Part shown: piece by piece, positions 1 to 12,136 of the stretch
How positions within the stretch are numbered: position 1 is the stretch's first letter
Layout: each line of letters opens with the position of its first letter
DNA from: Cyanophora paradoxa CCMP329
Taxonomy: Eukaryota > Plantae > Glaucophyta
Direction: 5' to 3'
NCBI GenBank assembly: GCA_004431415.1
Contig: QPMI01000494.1
Span: 585,766-649,765, forward strand
DNA: 64,000 bases
The notes under the pieces: generated by a model
What the model was told of the DNA's origin: nothing
Seen by the model: the letters and a program-made list of their open reading frames with translations, nothing else
Databases searched by the model: none
Made by a program: the position numbers and the translations under genes

Positions 1-163
1 ACAAATCAGCCGACGTAGCGGGCCGGGTGCGGCGCAATCGCGGCAGTACAATGGGGCTGGTCCAGTGGGCGTGTAGCTAGCGCCAGAGAGCCCGCGCAAA
101 CGGGACCTGCCGAAGTGCCATGATCATTCATTTAGAGTCGCGATCAAGAGCCTGCAGGCCTAG

Positions 164-1392
164 CTATATACAGGGCGTGCATCTGCAGGACACGCGTGCG
201 GGCGCGAACGGCGAGCCGAACCTGGCCGAGGGCGATTTCGAGTCCGGATTCCCCTTCGTGTCGATCGCGACCTCCTCTTGTTCCTCGAACGGAGTTTTGA
301 TGGTAAGCTCGCCTTCGTCAAAGGCTTTCTGCGTTGATCCACGACGGCCGCGGTCGACGTCGGTATACCAATTACGCATATACATGTTTAGAAAGTTCGA
401 ACCGTCCAGTCGACTCCGCCGCGGGTCGAGAGCGTGACCACTCTCCCCTCGACAGCCGGCTTGCTGGAGAGCTCGCGTAGAATGCTGCCGGCTCCATCGA
501 TCCGACAACCTACGTATACGAAGAGATAGTGTGAGTAAAGCGCCTGCAGCTGCAGCTTTTGTGGCCAATACTATACATAACCCATGGACGACTCGGCGAG
601 CGCATCTATCAGCGCTAGCGCATCTAGATCTTTTTCTATCACAGGCATGAATCAGTGATTACCCCAAGGCTCGGAGCCAACTACAATCCAGCCAGCATCC
701 CACTCCGCGACGGCGCGTGCGGTTGAGTCTCCATTGAGCGCGAACGAAAGCCGCAGGACGGCGCCGTTGTCGATGCACTCCACCGAATCGAGCGACGCGA
801 GGTCGTCGAGCCCAATCGTCGTCCGTGAAACGACAACGTCGTAGCTGCGCATGCACGCAAGCGTTAGCTATATAGCGTGAGCTTTAAAATTTGCAACATC
901 AATATTAACGAGCATGTACATGGTCATGATCACGAGCTCGAGCGTACATATATGAGCTGATTTATAGCTGATCATAGATATCATATATAGTATCGATGTC
1001 CGTGCGCGTATTAATATTTAACACATATATATAGATATGGAATGATCAACGGATCGGATATCGATCATGAACGCTGCGCACTTGAACGTGGTCGGGCGGC
1101 CGAGCTTGTCGGTCGCTGAAAAGGAGTTCACGTAACGCCGGGCGTGGCCTGGACCCGGGTTGACCGCGGGATTCTCGAGCACGGGGATGTCGTCAAAGCT
1201 GCGACCAGCCTTGCCGGCCGCGGCATCGCCGGCGCCCTCCAAAGGAACAAAGCCGTAGTTCGCGTGGTAAGCCGGAGGGTCGAAGTGGGGGCGCGCGTCC
1301 GCCAAACCGATAATCAGGAGCGTGCAAACAGCCACCAGAAGCTGCAGGCCTTGCAAATGAACGCTTGAAGATCTAGAGCGCAAGACCGCCAT
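164..1392 (-). CDS. Spliced gene for a putative secreted protein; 3' extent uncertain and may run off the window start
   Basis: ATG at 1392 is followed by a hydrophobic signal-like stretch (LLVAVCTLLIIGLADA). A GT donor follows ...PTTFK, the next exon reads SYDVVVSRTTIGLDDLASLDSVECIDNGAVLRLSF...WIVVGSEPW, and further exon-like pieces lie at 230-380. Confidence 0.5.
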
Positions 1393-2751
1393 GACCGGTC
1401 GCGGGACCTTTGCGGCAGAGCGCTAGCCTGCCCCGTACGGGTGCGGATTAGCTTAACCAAAGGCGACCTTCTTTGGGTCTCTAGAATCTAGATCTGTATC
1501 CTTCTGCTGTCAGGCCAATTAGTACGTATACGCACGCGTGCGTACCGGCACGGTCCACGGTACGGAATCTACGGTCCCCCAGACCGTCGGACTACGGATA
1601 CGAAATCCGACGATCGGCCGCGGCCAGCGCGCGGGTGACTAATTCAGCTGTCACTGTGTCAAACTGTCACAGCGTCAAGCTATCTTTAGCACGATCGCGA
1701 ATCGCCGACAAGAGCTATGTTTAGAAGACGCACAGTATACGGAACATGTACATGTACTTCCGAAGTTCAAAGGCTTACACTGTGACAGTCTGCAGCCTCA
1801 GGGCCTGCAGCTGTGCCGCAGCCTGTGCGGATGCCAGCCTTTCGAAGTTTGCAATTGCCAGCCTGCAATGCCAGGGCCTGGTTTTCCGGGGTCACTGCCG
1901 ACTCACTGGTCCGACGGTCAAGCCAAGCCAAGCACCCGATCGCGACGCGGAGCCCGCCGGCTCTATGTTTTAACTTGGCAAATGCTTGGCCCCTCGGGCC
2001 TCGGCGCGGTCGAATATTTGTCCTACGGTATGCATCCGAAATCCGGATCCGATGATCAGCGCAACCCTACCTAGGTACTCGTGAATCGTGAATCGATTCG
2101 CGATCACGAGCACAGTTGCCACAGTTGCGGCCATTTAATTCGCGATTTAGTCTGATTGAAAGTCGATTCGAGTTTTCATTTCTCAAAAGATCACGTGCAC
2201 TGCGGCACGGGCCGGCCCGGCCGGGCCCGGCTGCGGGGCCGGGGATTTGCAATTGGCCCAGTGGCGGCGGGGAATCCCGGGACCCGGATCCATGACGGGA
2301 CGTCACGGGACTCGTGACGGGAGTCACGGCCCCGGTCATGATCATGATCAGGCTTACCGCAATTTTTGAAGTTACCGAACTTCCGAAGTTACCGAAGTTA
2401 CCGTACGGGAGTCAACGGGACCCGGGAAATCGCGATCGGGGATCGATTCCCGAGTCCGACGATCCGCGGCGGATTCCGCGCCGCTCATCAGCTTCCTTCG
2501 AACACTCAGGCTCGAGTCTCGAGCTAGAATCGGGCTCATATGCATGCCATGATTGGGTGGATTGACGGCTGAACTTTCGAATGGCCTTCTGGTTCGATGG
2601 TTCGATATGAAAAGTCGATTCGATTCGATTCGATTTTGAAACGATTGATATCACGTGTACGCACCCCTGCGCAATGCGCATGTGCGGAGGCTCCGCCTGC
2701 CCCGGCCGGCGCCCCGGGCCCCGGGCCCCCGGGGCCCGGGGGCCTGCTAAA

Positions 2752-3160
2752 CTGTAGAACTAGTTAATCGAGAACCAGGACCCGAGATGCTCTCGGCGGG
2801 GGCTGTTTGGAGGCAAGTTAAAGGGGTATAAGGGGGGGATTAACCCGGAGTCAGGTGGCGCGCCGAACTTTCCCGGAGTCAGGCATGGGGAGCAGTAATA
2901 GTTGGGGGAACTTTCCCGGAGTCAGGCATGGGGATCTTTTGGGGCAAATTAGTACTTCGCCAAAACTGCCACTTTAGCAGCTGGTAAATTTTTGGTAGGT
3001 CAGCCTTCGCAGGGATTCTGTATGGCGCCGGCGGAGATCTAGACGGGACTACCCTTACAAATTCTCGACTTTAGCAGGCGGGAAATATTTAGTAGATCGC
3101 CCAAAACCTTTTAGTACTATAAATATCCGGCCAGCCCACTAAATATTTCTAGTTCTACAG
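2752..3160. mobile_element. MITE with CTGTAGAACTAG termini (TA-target, Tc1/mariner-pogo-like)
   Basis: Perfect 12-bp TIR at 2752-2763 and 3149-3160, with TA on the right flank and AA on the left. The internal segment aaattagtacttcgccaaaactgccactttagcag recurs inverted at about 44651-44718. Confidence 0.7.
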
Positions 3161-3214
3161 TAGCTAGCCAGTGTACTGTACATGTGTACAGTGTACTACG
3201 GTAGTACTAGTACT

Positions 3215-3568
3215 GGGCCGTTTCCCGCAGTCGCCAGCTACGTAGTGAAAATTAGCTAGTGGGGAAAAAACTATGATGGCCAAAGTATGATGTGTCGTGT
3301 GGGTGCCGCTCACTCCGATATCGTAGTGAAGCGGCACCCACCGACACTGGCAGCCCATTGGCTGCCTCACTAGGAAGATAGGCCCTCCTAAGCTCGTAGC
3401 TTACATCCGCGGGAGTTAATCCGGCCAAAGTCACTCCCGCGTAAGCTACGAATTAGCTTCGAAATTAGCATGACATCATGCGAAACGTGATGTCACCGTC
3501 ATCTTTTAACTACGTAAGCCTTACATAAGCCCGCTCCCATACATATCGGCGACTGCGGGAAACGGCCC
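3215..3568. mobile_element. MITE with a 21-bp perfect TIR (GGGCC termini, PIF/Harbinger-like)
   Basis: gggccgtttcccgcagtcgcc at 3215-3235 and its exact reverse complement at 3548-3568. No clean TSD; the superfamily call rests on the termini only. Confidence 0.75.
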
Positions 3569-3600
3569 TATACTAGTACTACGGTAGCCAGTGGGCCCAG

Positions 3601-3907
3601 CAGTGCTGTTATATAATTCATATTCATGATTATATCACTGGCCGCCACTGCCCGCCAGCCTCTAGCGAAAACTTCAAGGCTTGGCCAGCCAGCTGCAGCT
3701 GGCGGCCAGCCTCTTGCTCGGAGTCATGATCGATATCACTGAGTCAGGTGCTTGGTCGGCCAGGCTGGCCATGGCCAGCCGGCCGCGGCCAGCCTTAGAG
3801 CCCGCCCTGTACAGTTTTAATGAAATTTGAGCCGTGACATAATTATAAACCCGCATTTAGCACTGGTTTATAACATTAATTATAACACCTGTGAATAACA
3901 AGCGCTG
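3601..3907. mobile_element. Possible degenerate hAT-like MITE
   Basis: cagtgctgttat at the left end versus cagcgcttgttat (reverse complement of the right end); TTATAA motifs near the right end; no TSD seen. Confidence 0.3.
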
Positions 3908-4471
3908 TTGATGAAGTCCCGGCCCGGCGGATCCGGAGGCTATATATAGCTAGGTGCACGTGGGCGACGCGCTTAAGCTTATAACTCGGGAAGGCGGGCT
4001 CGATCGCGAGGCCTAGGCCTACTAGGGGCTAGCTATAGTAGGCCTAGCTATGCGCTAGGGGTCACCGGGTGCCGGCCGGGAGCTCGAGAGCTAGGCCAAC
4101 TTGGCAATCGATATCGCGGAGGTACTACGGTAATCATAAGCTAAAAGGGCGTCGCCTTCACATGCAGTCGGCGGGGGGGACGATACGCGTTTCGCAAATT
4201 GGGAGCCTCGGAGGGGGTACTACGGTATACGTACTAGTACTAGTACTGACAGGCGAGCTCGAGGTGCACGTGATGGCCCTCGTCAGCGCTAGCGTCATTA
4301 AATTCTGGAGCTGCATGACGTCAGCAGACGCGTACGGGGACCGCAGCTGGCGAAAAAAAGGGAAGGAGGGAATCCGAGCGAGGCCGGGAGGGGTGGCCCG
4401 GCTAGCTATCTAGCTGTCTGGCAGTGGCCAGCGCTAGGTTCGGCTGGGCCCGCACTATAGCTAGGTCTAGC

Positions 4472-5302
4472 TCAGCTCAGGGCGGGCCCGCCCTCATGAT
4501 CAGCGGCTTGGGCAGGGCGCCGTCGACGTCCAGTGCCGTCGATCGCGACGTCCAGCAGCTCCGGCGCGTCCCGCGGCAGCTCTGCGCATGCGAGGCTCGC
4601 GAGGGCGGCGCCGGCGCGGCGCCGGTAGAACGCCTGGAGCTCCGCTATGTCACCCCCGAAAAAGTGATCCGCCCGCAGGCCGGCCGCACGCAGGGCCGCC
4701 AGCTCGTACCTGCGATCAAATCTTCGTTCGAGCGGAGTCGGAATCGATCCGCGCCGCGGCCGGCCGCACGCGACACGCGATGGAGCCCGGGCGGCCGCGG
4801 GCGGTCTCCGGGGCCCGGCGCTGCGGGGGATCCTCGGGCAGGGCGGTCGTGCTGTAGCGCGCGGCTCCGAGATCGTGGTCCGCTCCCAGCCGCGCCGCCG
4901 CCGCCAGGTGCCGGAAGCGGCGGCCGGAGATGCCCAGCGCGACGTCGACGCGGAGCGACGCGACGGGGCGCCCGGCCTGCGTCCTTGTCCACCTCGGAGC
5001 TCTCCTGCATGCTCAGCAGCATTTCGAAGGCCGCTATCTGCGGCATGACATGCAGTCAGCGGCGCGCATCCGGTTGGTGGTCCACGTATGCGGAACATGG
5101 GCCGACCTGCCAGTCCTCGTCGCTGAGCGCCAGCTCGTCTGCTTCCTGGGCGCGTGCCTCTGCGCAGGCGTATCGTACGCGGACGTGCAAGCGCGGAGCA
5201 AGCAACCGGGGACGCGCTAGCAAGAAATGTGGGTCTCGGGCGCGCGCCGGTGTCCATCGGCGCACCAGGTGGCGGGGCCGCCGAATACGCGCCCCGCGCC
5301 AT
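4472..5302 (-). CDS. Hypothetical spliced protein, head-to-head with the SDR gene
   Basis: ATG at 5302; exon pieces EARAQEADELALSDEDWQ | IAAFEMLLSMQESSEVDKD ... YELAALRAAGLRADHFFGGDIAELQAFYRRR are bounded by splice-like sites. The middle frame is unresolved. Confidence 0.4.
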   Translation of the reverse strand: MARGAYSAAPPPGAPMDTGARPRPTFLASASPVACSALARPRTIRLRRGTRPGSRRAGAQRRGLAGRPMFRIRGPPTGCAPLTACHAADSGLRNAAEHAGELRGGQGRRPGAPSRRSASTSRWASPAAASGTWRRRRGWERTTISEPRATARPPCPRIPRSAGPRRPPAAARAPSRVACGRPRRGSIPTPLERRFDRRYELAALRAAGLRADHFFGGDIAELQAFYRRRAGAALASLACAELPRDAPELLDVAIDGTGRRRRPAQAADHEGGPALS

Positions 5303-5391
5303 CGTTGGAGAGCTTGCGGGGCGCAAAACCAGCAAATGGGTGGGGGGCAACTGGCGCCCGGGTACCGCAGCGCAAGCCAACGGCCGCTCTG

Positions 5392-8300
5392 ATGGCGGGC
5401 GTCGGCGACTACTGGAACGTGGAGAGCCTTCGCGGGAAGGTCGTCATTGTGACCGGCGCGACGCGCGGCATCGGCCGGGTTCGTCCAGGAGCCCTCACGC
5501 CGGACGCGCTGGCAGCGTCCCAGGCTCAGCCTCCGCGGCTCACCTCTGCGGCAGGCGATCTGCCAGAAGCTATTCGATGCAGGGTCCAGGGTCATCATGG
5601 GATGCCACTCTGGTGCCATCGCCCCGTTCGCTGCCGTGGCCTTCACTGAGTGGCGGCCTGTGCAGCGTCCGAGGGCGAGATTGTGGCGGCAGAGATGAAC
5701 GAGAACCGTACGCTAAAGTCCGGCCGCCTCGACGTGCTCAAGCTCGGTGCGCGTTGCTGGGCTGTTCAAGCTTTTCAAGCTGGCCGCCGCGGGAGCTCCG
5801 GGAGGGCCACGGCCGGGCCGGGGCGCTTACTTGCGCCTCGGCAGACCTCGCGGACCTGAGGACGGTGCGGGCCTTCGTCACAAACTTCCAGGCGAAGGGC
5901 CTGCCGCTGGACTACCTTATCTTGAACGCGGCGTGCCTCAAGCCGGCCGAGTTCACGGCGGACGGCTTCGAGACGATGTTCCAGGTGCCTGGCGCTGCTC
6001 GCGCGGCTCGCGGCGCCCTCGCCGCCGTGCCGCCCACTTCCCGCCGCCCACGCCGCTCACGTCCTCGCGCCGCCGCAGACGAACGTGCTTGCGAACCACC
6101 TCATCGTGCGCGCGCCGGGCCCGCCGCACTCCTCGTGTCGCGCACCCTTCCAACTCAGATCGATCGAATCCCGCCCGCCGCGGCCGCCGCAGATCAAAAT
6201 GTTCCTTGACTTCCTCCGCCGCACGCCCCGCACCCGCGTCGTCTTCGTCGGCTGCGAGTCGCACCGGTGCGAAGTAGAACACGTTTCGGTCCGCGGCCCC
6301 GAATTTGATTCGAATTTGATCCGTACCCGAAAGGTACGCCGGGAAGCTCCCGAACCTCGACGTGCTGCCCACGCACAACTTCGAGGCCGGCGACGCGGTC
6401 CGCTTTGGATCAAATCCAGATTCAAATTCAAATTCAAACCGATTCCGAAGGTGAACGTGTACCGCTGGACCAAGCTGCTGAACATCTTCCAGGCGGCCGA
6501 GCTCGCGCGCCGGCTGGACGGCTCGGGCACGACCGTCGTCACCGTCGCCCCGGGCGGCGCCCGCACCGAGCTCAAGCGGCACCTCCCCTGGTGCGCTCGC
6601 TCCCGCGGCCCTCGGCGAAATAGCGAGAGGCCGCCCTGACGGCGCCCGCCGGCGGGGCGGGGTACAGGTACGTCGGCCTGGGCCAGTCCCTGGTGGACCT
6701 GGTGCTGGACGGCTCACCCGAGTCCGCCGCCGAGCACGTCCTCCAGGTGCGCCGTACCCCAGCCCGGCGGCTAGCCAGGCCAGCGCGGGCCCCGGGCCGG
6801 AGCTAAGCGCGGGGCGGCAGGCGGCGGCGCACCCGATGTTCGACCGGCACAACGGCGCCTACATCAACCAGGTGCGAACGAAGCGTAGAGGGGGGGGGAA
6901 GGACCGCGCTCAGCTGAGCCGACTTGACTTCGCTCGCAGGGGGAGATCGAGGCGGTGGCGGAGCAGGCGCAGCGGGTCGGGGACCAGCAGTACCTCTGGT
7001 CCATGATGGATCGGCTCTTGCAGGTACCCCCGGCCCGGCCCGCCCCCCCCCCCCCCTTTCCTTCCCCCCCGTTCCCAGTCCCGCCCCCGCATGGCTCCTC
7101 TCGGGTGCTAGGGGATCGTGAACGGCTAGCCAGGCTAGAGGAGGGGACGCCGCCCGCCCACCACCGCCCCCCAGCCCCCGCCCCCGCCCCCGCCCCCGCC
7201 TGGCTCCTCTCGGGGGCTAGGGGATCCGGAACGGCTAGCCAGGCTAGAGGAGGGGACGACGCCCGCCCGCCCATCCGCCCGCCCCCGCCCCCGCCTCCTC
7301 TACTTCGGGGCGGCTAGGCCGCCCTAGGCCGCCCGGCTAGGCTGTAGGGCAGGCTAGTCTAGGACGCCCGCCTCGGACGCCGCCCGCCCGCCTCCGGTCC
7401 ACTGCCTCTCCCGCCTTCCGCTCCCGCCTCGCCTTGACCCCCTCCCCGCCCGCAGTCCTGGTGGGACGGCGGCCGCGGCGCCGACACCTCCCCCATCTAC
7501 GCCTCCGGCTCCCTCCGGGGTACGCGAAAGAAACGCCTCCTCGCCCCCTCCTTCCCCCCCCCCCCCCCCCCCCCCCCCTCAGACCGGGGTATGACGCGCT
7601 CCTCGTCGAAGAACGCGCTTGCCTCGCTCTTCGGGAGCGCCAAGGACGGCGTCCGCGCCCTCATGCCCAAGGGTCCGCCCTCAGATCTGATCTGATCTGA
7701 TCTGTTCTGATCTGATCTGATCTGGTCTGAGCAGAGTACAAGCCGGCGCCGCCGGGCCTGGCGCTGGGCATCGCCTCGCCGCAGGCGGCGGACGCGGCGC
7801 GGGACACGACGCCCTCCTCCCGCCGCTCGCGCTCGCGGGACCCGACCCCTACCCGCGGCGACGTCATGACCCGAGACGCGGTGCGCCGGGGGGCCGTCAT
7901 GACCCGCGGGGCGGGGCGGGGTGCTGGGATCAGAGCGGGAACCCGCCCGGCCGTCGCCCTAAGATAGTCTTAGCTTTGCCGTCGCCCTAAGATTTTGTCT
8001 TAGTGGGGCCCGGGACGGTCCGGGAAGGCCTCAGCTCAGCCCGCTCGGCTTAGCGTCCCCTGGCTCAGCCCTCCCTCCCAACTTAGCTCTGCATCCCTCC
8101 TCCGCCCCGCCTGCCCGCCTGCCTCCCGCTCACCGCGGCTCCCGCCCCGCCCCGCCCCGCAGAAGCCGCAGCAGGAGTCGCGCTTCAAGGGCCTCTTCAA
8201 GACGACCTCCTACCAGGCCCCCGCCTCCCAGGTGGGACCCTGCGCCCCCTCCTCCGCCTCGAGGCTGATCGATCGCCTCTTTGGGGGTACAGTACACGCA

Positions 8301-9323
8301 CAACGAGAACGCGTACGCCCAGCCGTACTACCAGGCCCCCGCCCCCGCCCCGGCGCCGGCGCCGGCCTACAGCCCCGCCTACGATTCGTCGTACTCGGAG
8401 CCGGGCCTCAAGCGGCGGCACTCGTTCACGCACGCCACGAGCCGCGCGGTCGACAAGGTCGGCGAGAAGATCGAGAAGGGCATGCACGGGTACGCGATTA
8501 AACCCTTCTTCTTCTTCTCTGTACCCTCTAACTTAATCTCGCCCAGGCTGATGCGGACGCTCTCGCGGGAGTTTGGCATCGACGACTTCAAGAAGAGCCG
8601 CGAGAAGCACAAGCAGCGCGAGGAGGAGCGCAAGCTCCGGGAGCTCTCGGGGCGCGAGCTTCCGGACCCGAACCGGCAGCCGTACCGCGTCACGCCCGAC
8701 GTCCGGAACGGGTACCCCCCTTCCCCTCCCCCCCGAGCTAAGCTATGTCAAAGCTGAGCTCTGGGGGGTACAGGTTCGCTGGGACGCCGTCTGCCGGCTC
8801 GCTGTTCCGCTCCGTGTCGGATTCGATCACGGACGCGGCGGCCGTCGTCGGCTCGAAGATCACGTACCGGGCGCCCCAGCCGGGGTACCGCGAGCACGGC
8901 CTCAACCTCCCCGCCCGCGTGAGTCACGGGCACGGCCATCGCCCTGTCTGTATCCGCTGCTCCGCCCTCACGCCCGCCGCAGCAGCCGGTGCCGACGCGG
9001 GTCAGCGCGGGGGACAACAGCTCGATGATGCCGCGGCCGCCGCCGCAGCCCGTGCACGTCAACAGCGCCGAGGAGCGCGCCTCCCTCTCCCAGTCGCACA
9101 CCGCCGCCTTTGTGCGCTCTTCTTTTGCTTCGTTCACAGCCGCCCCTGAGCTCTCGCCTAACTCGCCCGATCGCCGCAGCGGAACGATGTGCGGCAGCAG
9201 CAGAGCGCTCAGTACACGAGCGGGCAGTACTCGGCGCGGGAGCGGGAGCGGGAGCGGGACGGCCGCACCTCGGCGCACGAGACCGGCAGCTCGTACCGCG
9301 GCCTGACCGCCTCGTACTTCTAA
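5392..9323 (+). CDS. Classical short-chain dehydrogenase/reductase (retinol dehydrogenase/WWOX-like) with a long low-complexity C-terminal extension
   Basis: The spliced translation gives GKVVIVTGATRGIG, LDLADLRTVRAFV, LDYLILNAA, DGFETMFQTNVLANH, catalytic YRWTK and VAPGGARTEL. Exons continue through GT-AG introns to TAA at 9321-9323. Confidence 0.85.
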
Positions 9324-9575
9324 GAACTACCTACCTACCTACCTACCATCGTGCTTCTAGTTTCGCTTTTCCTTGCGTGCTGTGTATCGCGTAGTGTACC
9401 GCCCGCGGAAGCGCCCGCGCGCGCCGGTTTGTTATCCAGCACATCCCATCCCGCCCCCCCGGCTCTGTCTCTGCGCAGCGCTAGCACTAGCGGCAACCGG
9501 TCTCTCCATTCATTGAAAAAGACAGCGCGCTGCGAAGCCGGGCTAGGGAGCTAGCGCGGGGGGGCGGCCGCCGCC

Positions 9576-9846
9576 TCACTGGGCCATGACCTCGCCTTCC
9601 TCGGGGGGCCCGGGGGACGGCTCTGGGTCCGTTGCGGGGGGCGGGGAGCCAGAGGAGGCGGCGGGAGGGGAGGAAGCGCCGGCGCCCGAGGCGCCGGAGC
9701 CCGGCCCGGGAGAGCGGGAGCGGGGCCCGGCGCCCGCGCCGTCCCCGTTCCCTTCGCCCCGGGCGGGGGACCCGTCCCGCCGCTCCCTGCGCTCCCTGCG
9801 CCGCTCCCGCCTGCGCTTGCGGCGGCGGCGGCGCTCCTCCTCGTCC

Positions 9847-9882
<36 letters not shown>

Positions 9883-11209
9883 GAGCTGCTTGAGCTGCTC
9901 GAGGAAGAATCGCTGTCGCTTCCGCTGCCGCCCCGCCTCCGCTTCTTCTTCTTGTCCTGCGCCCGCCCGGCAGCCCCTCAGACACCCTCCCAGCGGCGAG
10001 GAGGAGACACAGCCCGCACCCGCTTTCGTCGCTTCTTGTCCATCTTGCGGGCCTTGCGATCCTTGTCCTTCTCCTTCTCCTTGTCCTTGCGCCGTTCCTT
10101 GTGCCGCTTCCGCCGCTCATCCCTGCTCGCGCCCTCGACCCCGCTCCCGCTCGCCGCGCCGACGCCGGTCTCGCCCCTCTCCTCCGCCGAACGCTTTGCG
10201 GGCGCGCCCGCGCGCGGTGGGCTGTCCGAGCGCGCCCGCTCCACGGCGCCGCGGCCCCGAGGCTTGACGCCCCGCGCCGCCAGCGCCGCCCGCCAGTCCT
10301 CCTCGTCTCCCCCCGCCCCGTCGCGGCCGGCTTCCGCGGAGGCCGCTGGCGGCTCTCCGTCCCTCTCTGGCTCCGTCCTGTGCGCGCGCATGCGTTCGTG
10401 AGCGGCGCGTCGGGGCCCGCCACAGCAGAACCGGCGGCGCGGCGCGGCGCGGCGGCGCGCACCGCTTTCCTGCGTCGCCCAACTCGCCGCCTCCGCCGTC
10501 GCGTTCGCTGCGGTGGCGGTGGCGCCTGTGGTGCCGCCGCGCCTCCCGCCGCCGCTGCGCCGCCTTCTCCTCGTCCTCCTCCTCTGGCGCCGAGCGCTCC
10601 GCGTCGTCGCCGCCGCTGCCGCCCGCCGCGCGCGGCTCGCCCGCCTCGCCTTCGTCCTCGCCCCAGCGCCCGCCCTCGCGCCGCGCGTCCTCCTCCTCCT
10701 CCTCCTCGCCCTCATCGTCGCGGTGGCGCCTACGCTCGTCGTCCTTCCGCGACCGGTGGCGGTGGCGGTGATGATGGTGCTTGCTGTCGCGGTCACGGTC
10801 CCGCCTGCTGGGCGCACTGAACTCGTGCTTCGCAGAGCTCTTGCCCCACTTCACCTCCCGCACTTCGCGCCTCTCCTCCTTCTGGCGGTGCACGCGCTCC
10901 TGCTGCTTGACGAGGACGCGATTGTAGCCCACCGTGTTCTTCAGCACGCGGCCAAAGACCCCAGCGTTTGGCCTCGCTTGGCGCTCCGTCGGCTCGGGGC
11001 GCCTGCGTTCGTGTGAGCGCGTTGCATGGCAACCTTGGGGCCAAAGAAGCGCGGAAAGATCGCAGCATTCAAAGCGCTCACAGGTTGTCAAGCAGAAAGG
11101 CGCCAACTCCGTCCTTGTTCGCGCGCTGAACGGCAAGTAGCGCCTTAGTGAGGAGCTGCTCCTTGGCCATGCGCTCCAGCTCGGCCTCGTCGAAAACTGG
11201 GCTGTACAT
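9576..11209 (-). CDS. Charged R/E/K/S-rich protein with an N-terminus resembling the POLR1D-isoform-2-like family
   Basis: Four exons with GT-AG introns: MYSPVFDEAELERMAKEQLLTKALLAVQRANKDGVGAFLL|...ARPNAGVFGRVLKNTVGYNRVL, then VKPRGRGAV, poly-Ser and basic tracts, ending at TGA 9576-9578. The family match is from motif recall, not a search. Confidence 0.65.
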
Positions 11210-12136
11210 CCTTCAACAAGATGCTTCGGAGCGCCTCCAGGCCGGCCAGCTGCTCTTCGATGGGTTCTCGCACGCCGCCGCCGCCCGTGGGGCTTCGGAT
11301 CGCCTTTACGAGCTCTTTGACCACCAACAGCTGTTCAAAACGCTGCCGCCGACGCAGATGGGCAGAAAGTTCCCTGCGAGCGGGGTACAGCCTTCCAAAG
11401 TTTGCGAGCCCTATCTAGGCGCAGCCAGCCTGCGGGGAGAGCCGGGCTGCAGCATCGTGGATGCGTGAGTGCCCGGCTAGCTACGCGAATGCAGGCTGCA
11501 GCACCCTGAAGACTCCGCGAGCTTTCGATTGAGGATAACCCCAGTTCGATCGTGTTGCAGCTGCAGACTGCAACTGCTGCATCAGGGACGCTGTTTTCAG
11601 TTCATCTCTTCGGATTCCCCGCCCTGAGCGATCCGGGCTTCTCGCCTGTTGCCCCGTAGCCGTTTCTGGCCGCACGTCGCGCGCGAGGACTCCGGGAGAG
11701 GAAGCTGCAGCACATTCATTCAGTAGCTAACGAGAGGAGGCCTCCGTTCGCACCGGTTGCGGCTCCCTTCATCGCCCCGGACCTCGCGACGACGTTCGAT
11801 CCTGCAGCTGGCTCCCTCCCCTCGATCCCGTGCGCCGCGCTCGCCTCCCGCCGCATCGCAGTTCTCGCCCTGCCATAGATCTGATAAGAGAAAGAGCAGC
11901 CATGGACCTGGAACGCCCCGCCCGCCGCTTGTAGCGGCATGCGGTCCTCGATGGAGTTCGAGAGGACCGGCCGCGGGTCGCCAGCGCCGGCGCCGGCGTC
12001 GCACCACATGCGGGACTCTAGCGAGCTAAGGCACAGGAATGCCGCGCACAGCGCGGTGCAGTCGCGTGCGCATAGTCCGGCCGCGCGCGTGCGGGCGCGA
12101 GCCGCGGCCGCGGCCGGCGCCGGAGGCAATGCGGCA

